From assembly GCA_944390315.1 (NCBI GenBank), contig CALXPO010000009.1, forward strand, positions 10,945 to 74,944: 64,000 nt of DNA. The letters are read 5' to 3'. The notes beneath the pieces are model-generated. The model did not search any database and was not told the DNA's origin. It saw only the letters and a program-made list of their open reading frames with translations. The DNA is from an uncultured Alphaproteobacteria bacterium. GTDB taxonomy: Bacteria; Pseudomonadota; Alphaproteobacteria; RF32; CAG-239. The stretch's first letter is position 1; each line of letters opens with the position of its first letter. Positions 39,808 through 48,740 of this stretch are shown piece by piece. Position numbers and translations under genes: made by a program.

Positions 39808-39995
39808 TTTATCTCCTATTTTCGTAAAAAACTATCTATGTACACCATAATTTTAATTGTTTGAAATATAGTTAACAAAGACTATTCATATCCAAGATAT
39901 TTACTGTTTGAATATTGTAAAGAGTCATAATTTTGATTGCAATCACTAAAAAATAGAATATAATCAGCAAAGTTATGTAAAAAAGAGGTGAAATA

Positions 39996-41357
39996 ATGAA
40001 AAGATATTTTGCATCAATATTAATGAGTAGTGTTTTGCTGTGTTCACCGGTTAGAGCCGATACAATTTTTGAGGCCTTGGGTGAAGCATATAAAAGCAAT
40101 CCGGATTTACAGGCTCAAAGAGCATATTTGCGTGCGATTGATGAAAATGTTGCAATAGCAAAATCAGGATATCGTCCGTCAATAGATTTGACCGGTGGGT
40201 ATTATGAAACTCATAATAATAACGATAGTGATAATACGGATGAAGGCAGTAACGCTTCATCAATAGGTGCAAAGATTACACAACCGATTTTTAGCGGATT
40301 ATCGACATATCATTCCGTTAAAGCTGCGGACAGCCAGGCTCGCGCCGGCCAATATAATTTGTCTAGCTATGAACAAGCGATATTTCTAAGCGCGTCAGAA
40401 GCCTATTTAAATGTCGTAAGAGACGAGGCTATTCTTGATTTGCAAAAGAGTAATGAGAAACTTTTGCAAAAACAATTAGATGAAACGACAGAGCGCTTCA
40501 ATGTCGGTGAATTAACCCGTACAGACGTTGCTCAGGCTCGTTCCAGTCTTTCACAGGCCATAGCAAGCCGTATTAGTGCAGAGGGCAATTTACAAGTTTC
40601 GCGCGCTATCTATGAGCAGGTTATAGGAAAACAACCGTCAGAGCTGAGTGAACCTGACAATATTCGTGATTTTTTACCTACGGATTTTAAACAAGCTCTT
40701 GATTATACAATGAGCAATAATTACGAAATTTTGGCTGCCAAACGCACTTTAGAAGCCAATGAATATACCGTGAAAGCTAATTACGGAGCTCTTATGCCGC
40801 AAATTTCAGCTTCGGCCGAGGCAACCCAAAGTAAGAATGACCCGAGATACAGTGGACTGGATGATACGACTATCAATGGTGTTGAGGTAGGAGTAAATTT
40901 GACGGTTCCCCTATATGATGCCGGTGAAAACAGAGCTAAAATTCGTCAAAGCAAATATAATAAATGGCAAGCCTATGAGCAAGTATTAAGTGCCGAACGA
41001 GCAGCGGTTTCTGACATTACCAGCTACTGGGAATCCATGATAGCCAATGATGCTATGATCAAGGCCTTGCAAGACCAAGTCAGCGCGAACGAAATAGCCC
41101 TTGACGGTGTAAAAAAAGAAGAAGCATTAGGCAATCGTACCATTTTGGATGTTTTGAATGCCTACCAATCTCTGCTCGATTCTCAGGTGGAAGTTGTTAA
41201 AGCTCGTCGTGAGTATTATCTGTCTGCCATGCAGGTTATGCAAGCAATGGGTAAACTTACTGCGGAAAATCTGAAACTCAATGTTGAACTTTATGAACCG
41301 AAAAAGTTTTATAAAGAAACTCGAGATAAGTGGTTATCTTTATCCATAGACGATTAA
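39996..41357 (+). CDS. tolC: TolC family outer membrane protein
   Basis: Signal peptide. TolC N-terminus IFEALGEAYKSNPDLQAQRAYL. Duplicated helical repeats. 453 aa. Confidence 0.85.
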   Translation: MKRYFASILMSSVLLCSPVRADTIFEALGEAYKSNPDLQAQRAYLRAIDENVAIAKSGYRPSIDLTGGYYETHNNNDSDNTDEGSNASSIGAKITQPIFSGLSTYHSVKAADSQARAGQYNLSSYEQAIFLSASEAYLNVVRDEAILDLQKSNEKLLQKQLDETTERFNVGELTRTDVAQARSSLSQAIASRISAEGNLQVSRAIYEQVIGKQPSELSEPDNIRDFLPTDFKQALDYTMSNNYEILAAKRTLEANEYTVKANYGALMPQISASAEATQSKNDPRYSGLDDTTINGVEVGVNLTVPLYDAGENRAKIRQSKYNKWQAYEQVLSAERAAVSDITSYWESMIANDAMIKALQDQVSANEIALDGVKKEEALGNRTILDVLNAYQSLLDSQVEVVKARREYYLSAMQVMQAMGKLTAENLKLNVELYEPKKFYKETRDKWLSLSIDD

Positions 41358-41370
41358 TAGGGGAAGCATA

Positions 41371-41982
41371 ATGGCAGCGGAGCAAGACAACAAAGAACTT
41401 TCAATGGCCGAAATTTTAGCCTCAATTAAGAAAATTTTGGCAGATACAGAGGTAAATGCAGATAATAAAAAAACATCTGAAGAGCCTCTTATGCCCAAAA
41501 TATCTTTATCTGCTTCCGACGAAACAAATTTTGCGGATGCAGAAACAACAAATTCTAATGCTGCTCCTTTTCTGCCGATTTCTCCAAAAGATACACCTCC
41601 CGTTGCAGAAAAAGAAGCAGATGAAGAGGATATGAAAATTCCATATTTGGCTTTACATGAAGACGAACAGTCCGTGTCCGGTCAAAAATTAAGAGAAAGC
41701 AGTCATCCTCAAAATATTTCAGATGAAATTATCGATAGTTTTACGCGCATGTTTGAACAAAATGATTTTTGCCGTCAGACTAATCGTCAACAGATTGATA
41801 CCGATGCTCTGTTGCGACAAATAATTACTCAAACCGTTGCTGAAAAATTAGATAATGCTTTTTTGCAAAAAACCATAAGAGAAACAATAGTTCCCGTTTT
41901 GGAAGAATGGTTGTCGCATTATTTACCGAAATTGGTAGCTAAAGAAGTTGAACGAGTGATGGTAAAGACCGGCAGAAGCTGA
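41371..41982 (+). CDS. DUF2497 domain protein (alphaproteobacterial, conserved between tolC and valS)
   Basis: N-terminal MSMAEILASIKKILAD… and acidic low-complexity middle are typical of DUF2497. Conserved position between tolC and valS. Confidence 0.6.
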   Translation: MAAEQDNKELSMAEILASIKKILADTEVNADNKKTSEEPLMPKISLSASDETNFADAETTNSNAAPFLPISPKDTPPVAEKEADEEDMKIPYLALHEDEQSVSGQKLRESSHPQNISDEIIDSFTRMFEQNDFCRQTNRQQIDTDALLRQIITQTVAEKLDNAFLQKTIRETIVPVLEEWLSHYLPKLVAKEVERVMVKTGRS

Positions 41983-42069
41983 TATTTGGGCGCCGGTCTA
42001 AAGATTTATACTGCCCGAAGTGCAAAATCTTTGCGGCAGTTTTTGTATTTTCATGGTAAATCTATATAA

Positions 42070-44718
42070 GTGGAAAGAAAAATGTTAGATAAAACTTATA
42101 ATCCAAAAGCTTTTGAAGAAAAAATTTATGCTGAATGGGAAGTCAACGGTGATTTCAAACCTAATATGAACAAGAATAAAGAGGCCTTTTCCGTTGTTAT
42201 CCCGCCGCCGAACGTAACCGGTGTATTGCATATGGGACACGCCTTGGACGATACTTTGCAAGATATTTTGATTCGATACAATCGTATGCTGGGCAAAAAT
42301 GTGTTGTGGCAACCGGGTATGGACCACGCCGGTATTGCAACTCAAATGGTAGTCGAACGTAATTTGGCGGCAGAGGGAATTACCCGTCACGATTTGGGCA
42401 GAGAAAAATTTATTGAAACCGTATGGAAGTGGAAAGAAAAATCCGGCGGGACCATTTGCAAACAATTGCGTCGTCTGGGCGCATCCTGCGATTGGTCAAG
42501 AGCCCGTTTTACCATGGATGAGGGTTTGTCCCGTGCCGTTCGTAAAATCTTTGTAAAATTGTATAAAGACGGTTTGATTTACAAAGCCAAAAAATTGGTA
42601 AACTGGGATTCAAAATTTATGACCGCCGTTTCCGATTTGGAGGTTGTTCAAAAAGAAACCGTCGGAAAGATGTATTATTACAAATATCCGATTAAAGGCG
42701 AAGAGGGTGAATTCGTCCATATTGCCACCACCAGACCGGAAACCATGTTCGGTGATACGGCGGTTGCCATTTCCAAAGATAACGAAAAGCTAAAACACTT
42801 AATCGGAAAAGAATGCATTATTCCGATAATCAATCGTGCTATTCCGATTGTGGCCGATGATCACGCCGACCCCGAAAAAGGAACCGGTGCGGTTAAAATT
42901 ACACCGGCACACGACTTTAACGACTTTGAAGTCGGCAAACGTCATAACTTGCCTTTGATTAATATTCTAAATCCCGATGCAACCTTGAACGAAAATACGC
43001 CTTTTGCAGGCATGGATACGCAAACCGCCCGCAAAGCGACTATTGCAAAATTGGAAGAGTTGGGCTTTATGGAAAAAATCGAAGACCACCCAATGGTTAT
43101 TCCTTACGGCGATCGTTCAAACGTTGTGATTGAGCCGATGCTGACCGACCAATGGTTTGTAGATGCTCCGGTTTTGGCCAAAGAAGCCATTCGTGCGGTA
43201 GAAGACGGCGAAATGCAATTTGTTCCGAAGTCTTATGAAAAGACCTATTTTGAATGGATGCGCAATATTCAACCTTGGTGTATTTCCCGCCAATTGTGGT
43301 GGGGACACCAAATGCCGATTTGGTATGGTCCTGACGGCGAAATCTTCTGTGAAGAAAATGAAGAAGAAGCTCAGGCGGCTGCCGATAAGCATTATGGCAA
43401 AAAGGTTGAATTAACCAGAGAAACGGATGTTTTGGATACTTGGTTCTCTTCCGGTTTGTGGGCATTTTCGACTTTGGGTTGGCCGGATAAGAGCGAATAT
43501 CTTGATACTTTTTATCCGACTTCGGTTTTGGTTACCGGTTTTGACATCATCTTCTTCTGGGTTGCCCGTATGATGATGATGAGTATGTACGTTATGAAAA
43601 AAGTTCCGTTCAAAAAAGCCTATATTCACGGACTGGTTCGTGACGAACAGGGCCGCAAAATGTCAAAATCCAAAGGCAATACGGTTGACCCGATGGAAAT
43701 TATCGAAAAATACGGTGCCGATGCTTTGCGCTTCTTTATGGCGGCAATGGAAACTCAGGGACGCGACATCAATGTTTCCGAGGCTCGTATTCAAGGCTAC
43801 CGTAACTTTGCCACCAAGTTGTGGAATTCTGCTCGCTTTGGCGAAATGAACGAATGTCTGCCGGTTGAAGGCTTTGACGAAACAAAAGTTCAACATCCGC
43901 TCAATCGTTGGATTGTTGCCAAAGTTAAGGCCGCAAGCAAAGAGTTGACCGAAAATCTGAATAATTTCCGTTTCTCCGATTCTGCCAATACGGTTTACCA
44001 ATTTGTATGGGGTTCTTTCTGCGATTGGTACATTGAAATGATTAAGCCGATTTTGTATGGCGAAAACGAAGCCGAAAAAGCCGAAACCAGAGCGACTTTT
44101 GCTTGGGTATTGAACAGAATTTTGATTATCTTGCATCCGTTTATGCCTTTTATTACGACAGAATTATGGAACAATATCGGCACGCACGAGGAGCGTTTAA
44201 TAAATGCTTCTTGGCCGCAAAACGAAAGCTATGATGAGAAAGCCATCAGTGAGATTGACGGTGTTATTGATTTAATCAGCAATATTCGTTCACTTCGCGC
44301 CGAAATGAATTTACCGGCAGGAGCAAAGCTCAAAGTTTACTTAAAAGGTGCCAATGCCGCTACTCGCGCACAGGTTGAACATTTTAAGACAATTATTTGT
44401 TCTTTGGCTCGCTTGGAAGAAATCACAGCCTATGACGGAGAAGTCACTCCCGACATGATTCAAAGCGTTTTCCGCGAAGCAAGTTTGTTGATTCCGCTTA
44501 AAGGTGTGGTTGACTTTGCAGCCGAGAGAGAAAGATTGCAAAAGGAACTTGCCAGCTTAGAGCAAAATTTGGCAGGTTATGAGCGCAAACTCTCTAATCC
44601 GAGCTTTGTCGAAAGAGCTCCGGCGGCAGTTGTTGCCGAAGAAAAACGTCGCCAAGCAGAGGCTTTAGAAAATAAGGCTAAGGTAGAAGAGGCTTTGGCT
44701 CGTATTGTAGGACTTTAA
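42070..44718 (+). CDS. valS: Valine--tRNA ligase
   Basis: HIGH-type motif PNVTGVLHMGHAL. KMSKS. C-terminal coiled coil. 882 aa. True start may be the MLDKTYNP methionine four codons downstream. Confidence 0.95.
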   Translation: MERKMLDKTYNPKAFEEKIYAEWEVNGDFKPNMNKNKEAFSVVIPPPNVTGVLHMGHALDDTLQDILIRYNRMLGKNVLWQPGMDHAGIATQMVVERNLAAEGITRHDLGREKFIETVWKWKEKSGGTICKQLRRLGASCDWSRARFTMDEGLSRAVRKIFVKLYKDGLIYKAKKLVNWDSKFMTAVSDLEVVQKETVGKMYYYKYPIKGEEGEFVHIATTRPETMFGDTAVAISKDNEKLKHLIGKECIIPIINRAIPIVADDHADPEKGTGAVKITPAHDFNDFEVGKRHNLPLINILNPDATLNENTPFAGMDTQTARKATIAKLEELGFMEKIEDHPMVIPYGDRSNVVIEPMLTDQWFVDAPVLAKEAIRAVEDGEMQFVPKSYEKTYFEWMRNIQPWCISRQLWWGHQMPIWYGPDGEIFCEENEEEAQAAADKHYGKKVELTRETDVLDTWFSSGLWAFSTLGWPDKSEYLDTFYPTSVLVTGFDIIFFWVARMMMMSMYVMKKVPFKKAYIHGLVRDEQGRKMSKSKGNTVDPMEIIEKYGADALRFFMAAMETQGRDINVSEARIQGYRNFATKLWNSARFGEMNECLPVEGFDETKVQHPLNRWIVAKVKAASKELTENLNNFRFSDSANTVYQFVWGSFCDWYIEMIKPILYGENEAEKAETRATFAWVLNRILIILHPFMPFITTELWNNIGTHEERLINASWPQNESYDEKAISEIDGVIDLISNIRSLRAEMNLPAGAKLKVYLKGANAATRAQVEHFKTIICSLARLEEITAYDGEVTPDMIQSVFREASLLIPLKGVVDFAAERERLQKELASLEQNLAGYERKLSNPSFVERAPAAVVAEEKRRQAEALENKAKVEEALARIVGL

Positions 44719-44811
44719 GCTATTTCCTATCGTTTTAAGAATATACGGTAATGTTTGTAAAAAAATAAAATATTTTTATGCCGAATTTTTTAGAACGAAA
44801 ACTGGAATTAC

Positions 44812-44852
44812 GCAAAGATAAAAAAAGATCCATTAGTGGGTCTTTTTTTTTG
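44812..44852. terminator. Probable bidirectional terminator
   Basis: aaaaaaagatccattagtgggtcttttttttt: imperfect 6-bp stem between A- and T-runs, between convergent valS and the minus-strand cluster. Confidence 0.45.
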
Positions 44853-44992
44853 TGTGTGGTTTGTATATGAGAAAAAGGCGGGTGTACCTGATGATAAATC
44901 TGAATATTTTACTAAAATTCGCAAATTTGAGTTTATCAAAGGAGGTCCGATGTGAAAGTTTGCGGCATAATTTTTTATATATCGAAAAGCCA

Positions 44993-45409
44993 TCATTTTG
45001 TTTTTATGCATATTTCCCAATTTTGACCATTTATCAATAGGCGCTTGGCTATGGGAAGAAAACGGGGAGAATAGGCATAGATAATTTCAAAAACATCATT
45101 ATTAAAGTCAGCCTGCCGAAAACGTTTATCGAGTTCATAGGCATATTTTTCGGGAATATAAAAACGTTGACTGACGGTTTCAAAATTTTCTTTTGGGCAT
45201 TTGTTGTTCTCAAATTGAGTACAGTCCGAATTTTGCCAATCGATTTGATAGGAAATATAATGTCCCGAAAGCAAATCTCTCGGATCAAAACCTTGAATGC
45301 GCAGAATGACTTCCGGTTGTTCATATTTAAGAAGCCATAAGGATAAGCAAAACAAAAATATACAAATTGCCGGAATGAAAATAATATATTTTTTAAATTT
45401 ATTTAACAT
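44993..45409 (-). CDS. GDYXXLXY-like domain protein (N-terminal TM anchor)
   Basis: 138 aa. One N-terminal TM. Motif DPRDLLSGHYISYQI is a degenerate GDYxxLxY. Start overlaps the upstream gene by 11 nt. Confidence 0.4.
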   Translation of the reverse strand: MLNKFKKYIIFIPAICIFLFCLSLWLLKYEQPEVILRIQGFDPRDLLSGHYISYQIDWQNSDCTQFENNKCPKENFETVSQRFYIPEKYAYELDKRFRQADFNNDVFEIIYAYSPRFLPIAKRLLINGQNWEICIKTK

Positions 45410-46373
45410 CTGCTTTTCCTTTTGTGTTGAGATATTTTATGAGTTTTTTTGTTATAAAAATGAGTCCGAGAAAAATAATTCCCGATATAATTAAACCGAT
45501 ACCGGTGGCTGTTAAATCTGAAAACAGTTTAAGATAAGCAATAAAGAAACAAACGCCGACCATAGAAATGTTGAAATTCATCAATTTTTTTGAATTGACG
45601 CAGTAATGATAACTGCAGCCGAGAGCAAAAGTGGTGACGGATACAATCATCATGCCTAATGAAAATTCCGCAATCAATGCTATCAGGGCACTGAAGTAAA
45701 TAAAAAATTCGCAATATCCGCTCAAAACCGAAAGCAGAGCAAAGGGTTGGGATAACTGTTTTTGCAGATATCGAAACAGAGTACCTATGATGGTATAAAA
45801 CAAAATTAGGGTGGCTGTTGCCATAGGATAGCCGAATGTTTGGGTAATGTATTCAACTAGATTTTCGAGCCAGAGTAAAAAATTATAATTTTCAAATAAG
45901 CCGTACAAAGCAATCGGTACCCAAAATAAGGGTATCAATTTTTTGGGCGAAAGCCACAGCAAAGGTGCGCTGAAAACAGCCCATAATAACATTCCGTCAT
46001 CCAATGATCCCGATGTCTGAAAAATTTGGGCATTGAGTCCGATAGAAGCACCGATTAAAAAGAATAAGGCAAATATTTCAATTTCAAATATTAATTTTTG
46101 CGACTGATTATAAGCTATAAATGCTGCTCCGCTTAAGCCAAATAAAAGGATAAACTCGACCGTGAGTTTGACTGGATTGCTTATTTCATTCCAATTAGCG
46201 GCAATCAGACTTATTAAACCGAGGGAGATAATAAAAACTCCGAGTGAAAGCAGGGCATAAAATAAATGCAGATTGCTATTTTGATTTTCAAAGTTTTTTA
46301 TGGATTCAAATTGTTCTTTCGAAATTAAATTGTTTTGTTGCCACAAGGACAGTTTTTTTTCCAATCGGCTCAT
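45399..46373 (-). CDS. Polytopic membrane protein, DUF2157/DUF4401-like
   Basis: 324 aa. Soluble N-terminus (LSLWQQNNLISKEQFESI) then 8 or more TM helices. Operonic with the GDYXXLXY-like gene. Assignment based on architecture and the known gene pairing. Confidence 0.4.
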   Translation of the reverse strand: MSRLEKKLSLWQQNNLISKEQFESIKNFENQNSNLHLFYALLSLGVFIISLGLISLIAANWNEISNPVKLTVEFILLFGLSGAAFIAYNQSQKLIFEIEIFALFFLIGASIGLNAQIFQTSGSLDDGMLLWAVFSAPLLWLSPKKLIPLFWVPIALYGLFENYNFLLWLENLVEYITQTFGYPMATATLILFYTIIGTLFRYLQKQLSQPFALLSVLSGYCEFFIYFSALIALIAEFSLGMMIVSVTTFALGCSYHYCVNSKKLMNFNISMVGVCFFIAYLKLFSDLTATGIGLIISGIIFLGLIFITKKLIKYLNTKGKADVK

Positions 46374-46389
46374 TTGCTTCTCTTATAAG

Positions 46390-46890
46390 TTAATCATTTT
46401 TATAAAAGGTTTTTTCTTCGGCTTTAGTTGCTTTGGCTATCCAACAAGTTGGTACGGTGTGCAAAGCAACATTATAATATTTGACAGATGCATTGTATTT
46501 GCGTCTGGCTTTTTGTAGGTCGGTTTCAATTTTATCGGCTTCTTGTTTAAGTTCATCTTTATTTTGTATGTCGGATTGGTTGAGAAATTGTTCCAGCATA
46601 TTTTCCAACTGTTTTTCTGTTTGCAGGCGCTCGGTTGTATTTTGGGTATCAGATGCTTTTTGAAGCAATTTTTCAAGCTCTGCAGGCAAGATAATCGGAG
46701 ACTGTTCGTTTAGCTGTTGCAGCAAGGTATGTTGGCGGTCAAATTGTTGGGTAACATCATTCCACGTCTTTAGCGTCAAAACTTCTAATTTTGCCAGTTG
46801 ATTATAAAAAAAGACGACGCTGACTAAAACGGCAATGATAACGGCGGCGGTTAAAAGCATTTTTTTTCTCCTGTTTTTTGCAACCGGCAT
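46390..46890 (-). CDS. LemA family protein
   Basis: N-terminal TM, then YNQLAKLEVLTLKTWNDVTQQFDRQHTLL (LemA YNxLV…W…Q..RR..L pattern). C-terminal RRKYNASVKYYNVALHTVPTCWIA (LemA YN..V..YN…FP). Confidence 0.65.
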   Translation of the reverse strand: MPVAKNRRKKMLLTAAVIIAVLVSVVFFYNQLAKLEVLTLKTWNDVTQQFDRQHTLLQQLNEQSPIILPAELEKLLQKASDTQNTTERLQTEKQLENMLEQFLNQSDIQNKDELKQEADKIETDLQKARRKYNASVKYYNVALHTVPTCWIAKATKAEEKTFYKND

Positions 46891-46933
46891 TTGATATAGT
46901 AATTAAAAAATAAAAAAAAACAATTTTTTTATT

Positions 46934-47530
46934 TTATTTATCGGCAAGTTGATGACGATTAAATTTTACATAAATTTCCCGATTGCGAAATTCTCCATAA
47001 GTGAAAATAACTTCTTTTAAAGTGCATTCATAGTTGTAGCCGTTACGAATGGCAACATTTGCAGAGGCTCTGTTCAGGCTGTCGCAACATATTTCCAATC
47101 GTCTTATATTTTTTGCAAAAACAGCTTTTTCAATTGTTTGCACCGCATCACTCATATAGCCGAAACCGGTTTTGTTTTGACGAAGCCAATAGCCGATTGC
47201 GGCTATATGATTAGTTAAATCTATATCGTGAATATCAATACAACCTAAAAATTTTCCGGAATGTTTGTCGATAATGTTATAAGCAAATTTTGTTTGTGCC
47301 GCCCAATCTTCGTTAAACTTTTTGGTTACGGCGGCAACATTGTCAAAAGAGTTGGTTGTATCTACCCAGAAGAGATATTGTCTTAAAAAATCTCGATTTT
47401 CATCTATGGCTTGCCACAATTCTTTATCAAAATCATGGTTGCGTTTCAGCAAGATAATATTTGTTCCGACTAATTTTTCTTCAAGCGTAAAAGCAGGTAT
47501 CATATAAAAAACTCCGTTTTCAGCTGCCAA
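46934..47530 (-). CDS. GNAT family N-acetyltransferase (RimJ/RimL-like)
   Basis: 198 aa. Pattern HIAAIGYWLRQNKTGFGYMSDAV… typical of RimL-type acetyltransferases. Confidence 0.6.
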   Translation of the reverse strand: MAAENGVFYMIPAFTLEEKLVGTNIILLKRNHDFDKELWQAIDENRDFLRQYLFWVDTTNSFDNVAAVTKKFNEDWAAQTKFAYNIIDKHSGKFLGCIDIHDIDLTNHIAAIGYWLRQNKTGFGYMSDAVQTIEKAVFAKNIRRLEICCDSLNRASANVAIRNGYNYECTLKEVIFTYGEFRNREIYVKFNRHQLADK

Positions 47531-47641
47531 AATATATTATGAGGAGGTTAATTTTTAATGAAATGAAAAATAAAATATCTTGACTTAGAGTAAACTCTAA
47601 ATTGTAAGCTGAGTTTGGAATCGGAAACTAAGGAGGAATTT

Positions 47642-48115
47642 ATGAACAAAAAATTACTTTTCAGTATAGCATTTATCAGTTTATCATGTTTAACTTCAGT
47701 AAAGGCAGAGGAAATGAAAAAAAGCGAAGTGGATACTATTTTTGAACAGGGCGAAAAAAATCCATATGGAGAATTTTTTACCGGTCAAACTTATTTAAAT
47801 ATGCTAAGTGTCGGTGATAATGTTTTTAATGCTCCCGTAGGTAATGTAACTTTTGAGCCTAAAGCCAGAACCAACTGGCATAAACACAGCGGCGGGCAAA
47901 TTTTGCTTGTTACCGGCGGAGAAGGTCGTTATCAGGAACGCGGTAAAGAAATCAGAGTGCTGCACAAAGGTGATGTTGTTCGCATAGCTCCCGATGTTGA
48001 GCATTGGCACGGTGCGGCTCCAGACAGTTGGTTTGTGCATATATCTTTGGAAACAAACGTGCCCAACAACAAAGCAACTTGGTTAGAACCTGTTAGTGAT
48101 GCAGAATATAAATAG
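47642..48115 (+). CDS. Secreted cupin-domain protein
   Basis: AAGGAGG RBS before ATG 47642. Signal peptide MNKKLLFSIAFISLSCLTSVKA. Cupin motifs (WHKHSGGQILLVTGGEG…VVRIAPDVEHWHGA). Confidence 0.65.
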   Translation: MNKKLLFSIAFISLSCLTSVKAEEMKKSEVDTIFEQGEKNPYGEFFTGQTYLNMLSVGDNVFNAPVGNVTFEPKARTNWHKHSGGQILLVTGGEGRYQERGKEIRVLHKGDVVRIAPDVEHWHGAAPDSWFVHISLETNVPNNKATWLEPVSDAEYK

Positions 48116-48132
48116 TCGGAAGGTACAGGCAG

Positions 48133-48672
48133 ATGAGTAAAAAAGTTTTAATATTGTCTTCAAGTTTTCGTAAAAACGGTAATTCGGATACTTTGAGCAA
48201 TCAGTTTGCCAAAGGTGCCGAAGAAGCCGGAAACAAGGTAGAAAAAATTTTTATAAATGATTTTAAGATTAATTATTGCCGCGGTTGCGGTGTTTGCAAT
48301 ACGACCCACAAATGCGTCATTAAAGACGATATGGCGGATATTCTCGATAAGATGGTCAATGCCGATGTGATTGTGATGGCAACACCGGTTTATTTTTATA
48401 ATATGAATGGTCAGATGAAAACTTTAATCGACAGAACCGTTCCGCGGTATGAAGAAATCAGAAACAAAGATTTTTATTTTATCGTGGCGGCGGCAGATAC
48501 TTCACATGCCAATATGGAGCGAACTTTGGAAAGTTTCAGAGGCTTTACCGAAGACTGCTTAGAAGGTACCAAAGAAAAAGGAATTATTTATGGAACGGGA
48601 GCTTGGCAGATGGGAGACATTAAAAATTCTCCGGCAATGCAAGAAGCCTATGAGATGGGACGTGCCGTTTAG
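48133..48672 (+). CDS. NAD(P)H-dependent FMN reductase / iron-sulfur flavoprotein-like (flavodoxin fold)
   Basis: KVLILSSSFRKNGNSDTL flavodoxin-like N-terminus. CRGCGVCNTTHKC cysteine cluster as in Isf-type flavoproteins. Confidence 0.6.
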   Translation: MSKKVLILSSSFRKNGNSDTLSNQFAKGAEEAGNKVEKIFINDFKINYCRGCGVCNTTHKCVIKDDMADILDKMVNADVIVMATPVYFYNMNGQMKTLIDRTVPRYEEIRNKDFYFIVAAADTSHANMERTLESFRGFTEDCLEGTKEKGIIYGTGAWQMGDIKNSPAMQEAYEMGRAV

Positions 48673-48693
48673 TTGATTGTTTTTGTTTTAATT

Positions 48694-48726
48694 TAAAAGC
48701 CGTGAATTTTTTCACGGCTTTTTGGT
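48694..48726. terminator. Bidirectional rho-independent terminator
   Basis: aaaagccgtgaattttttcacggcttttt: perfect 8-bp stem between A- and T-runs. Confidence 0.75.
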
Positions 48727-48740
48727 TAAAGGATTGAGGC

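Noticed and set aside
44780-44872. 30-codon ORF (MPNFLERKLELRKDKKRSISGSFFLCVVCI) after valS
   Set aside because: It spans the putative terminator hairpin and has no RBS. Most likely non-coding.
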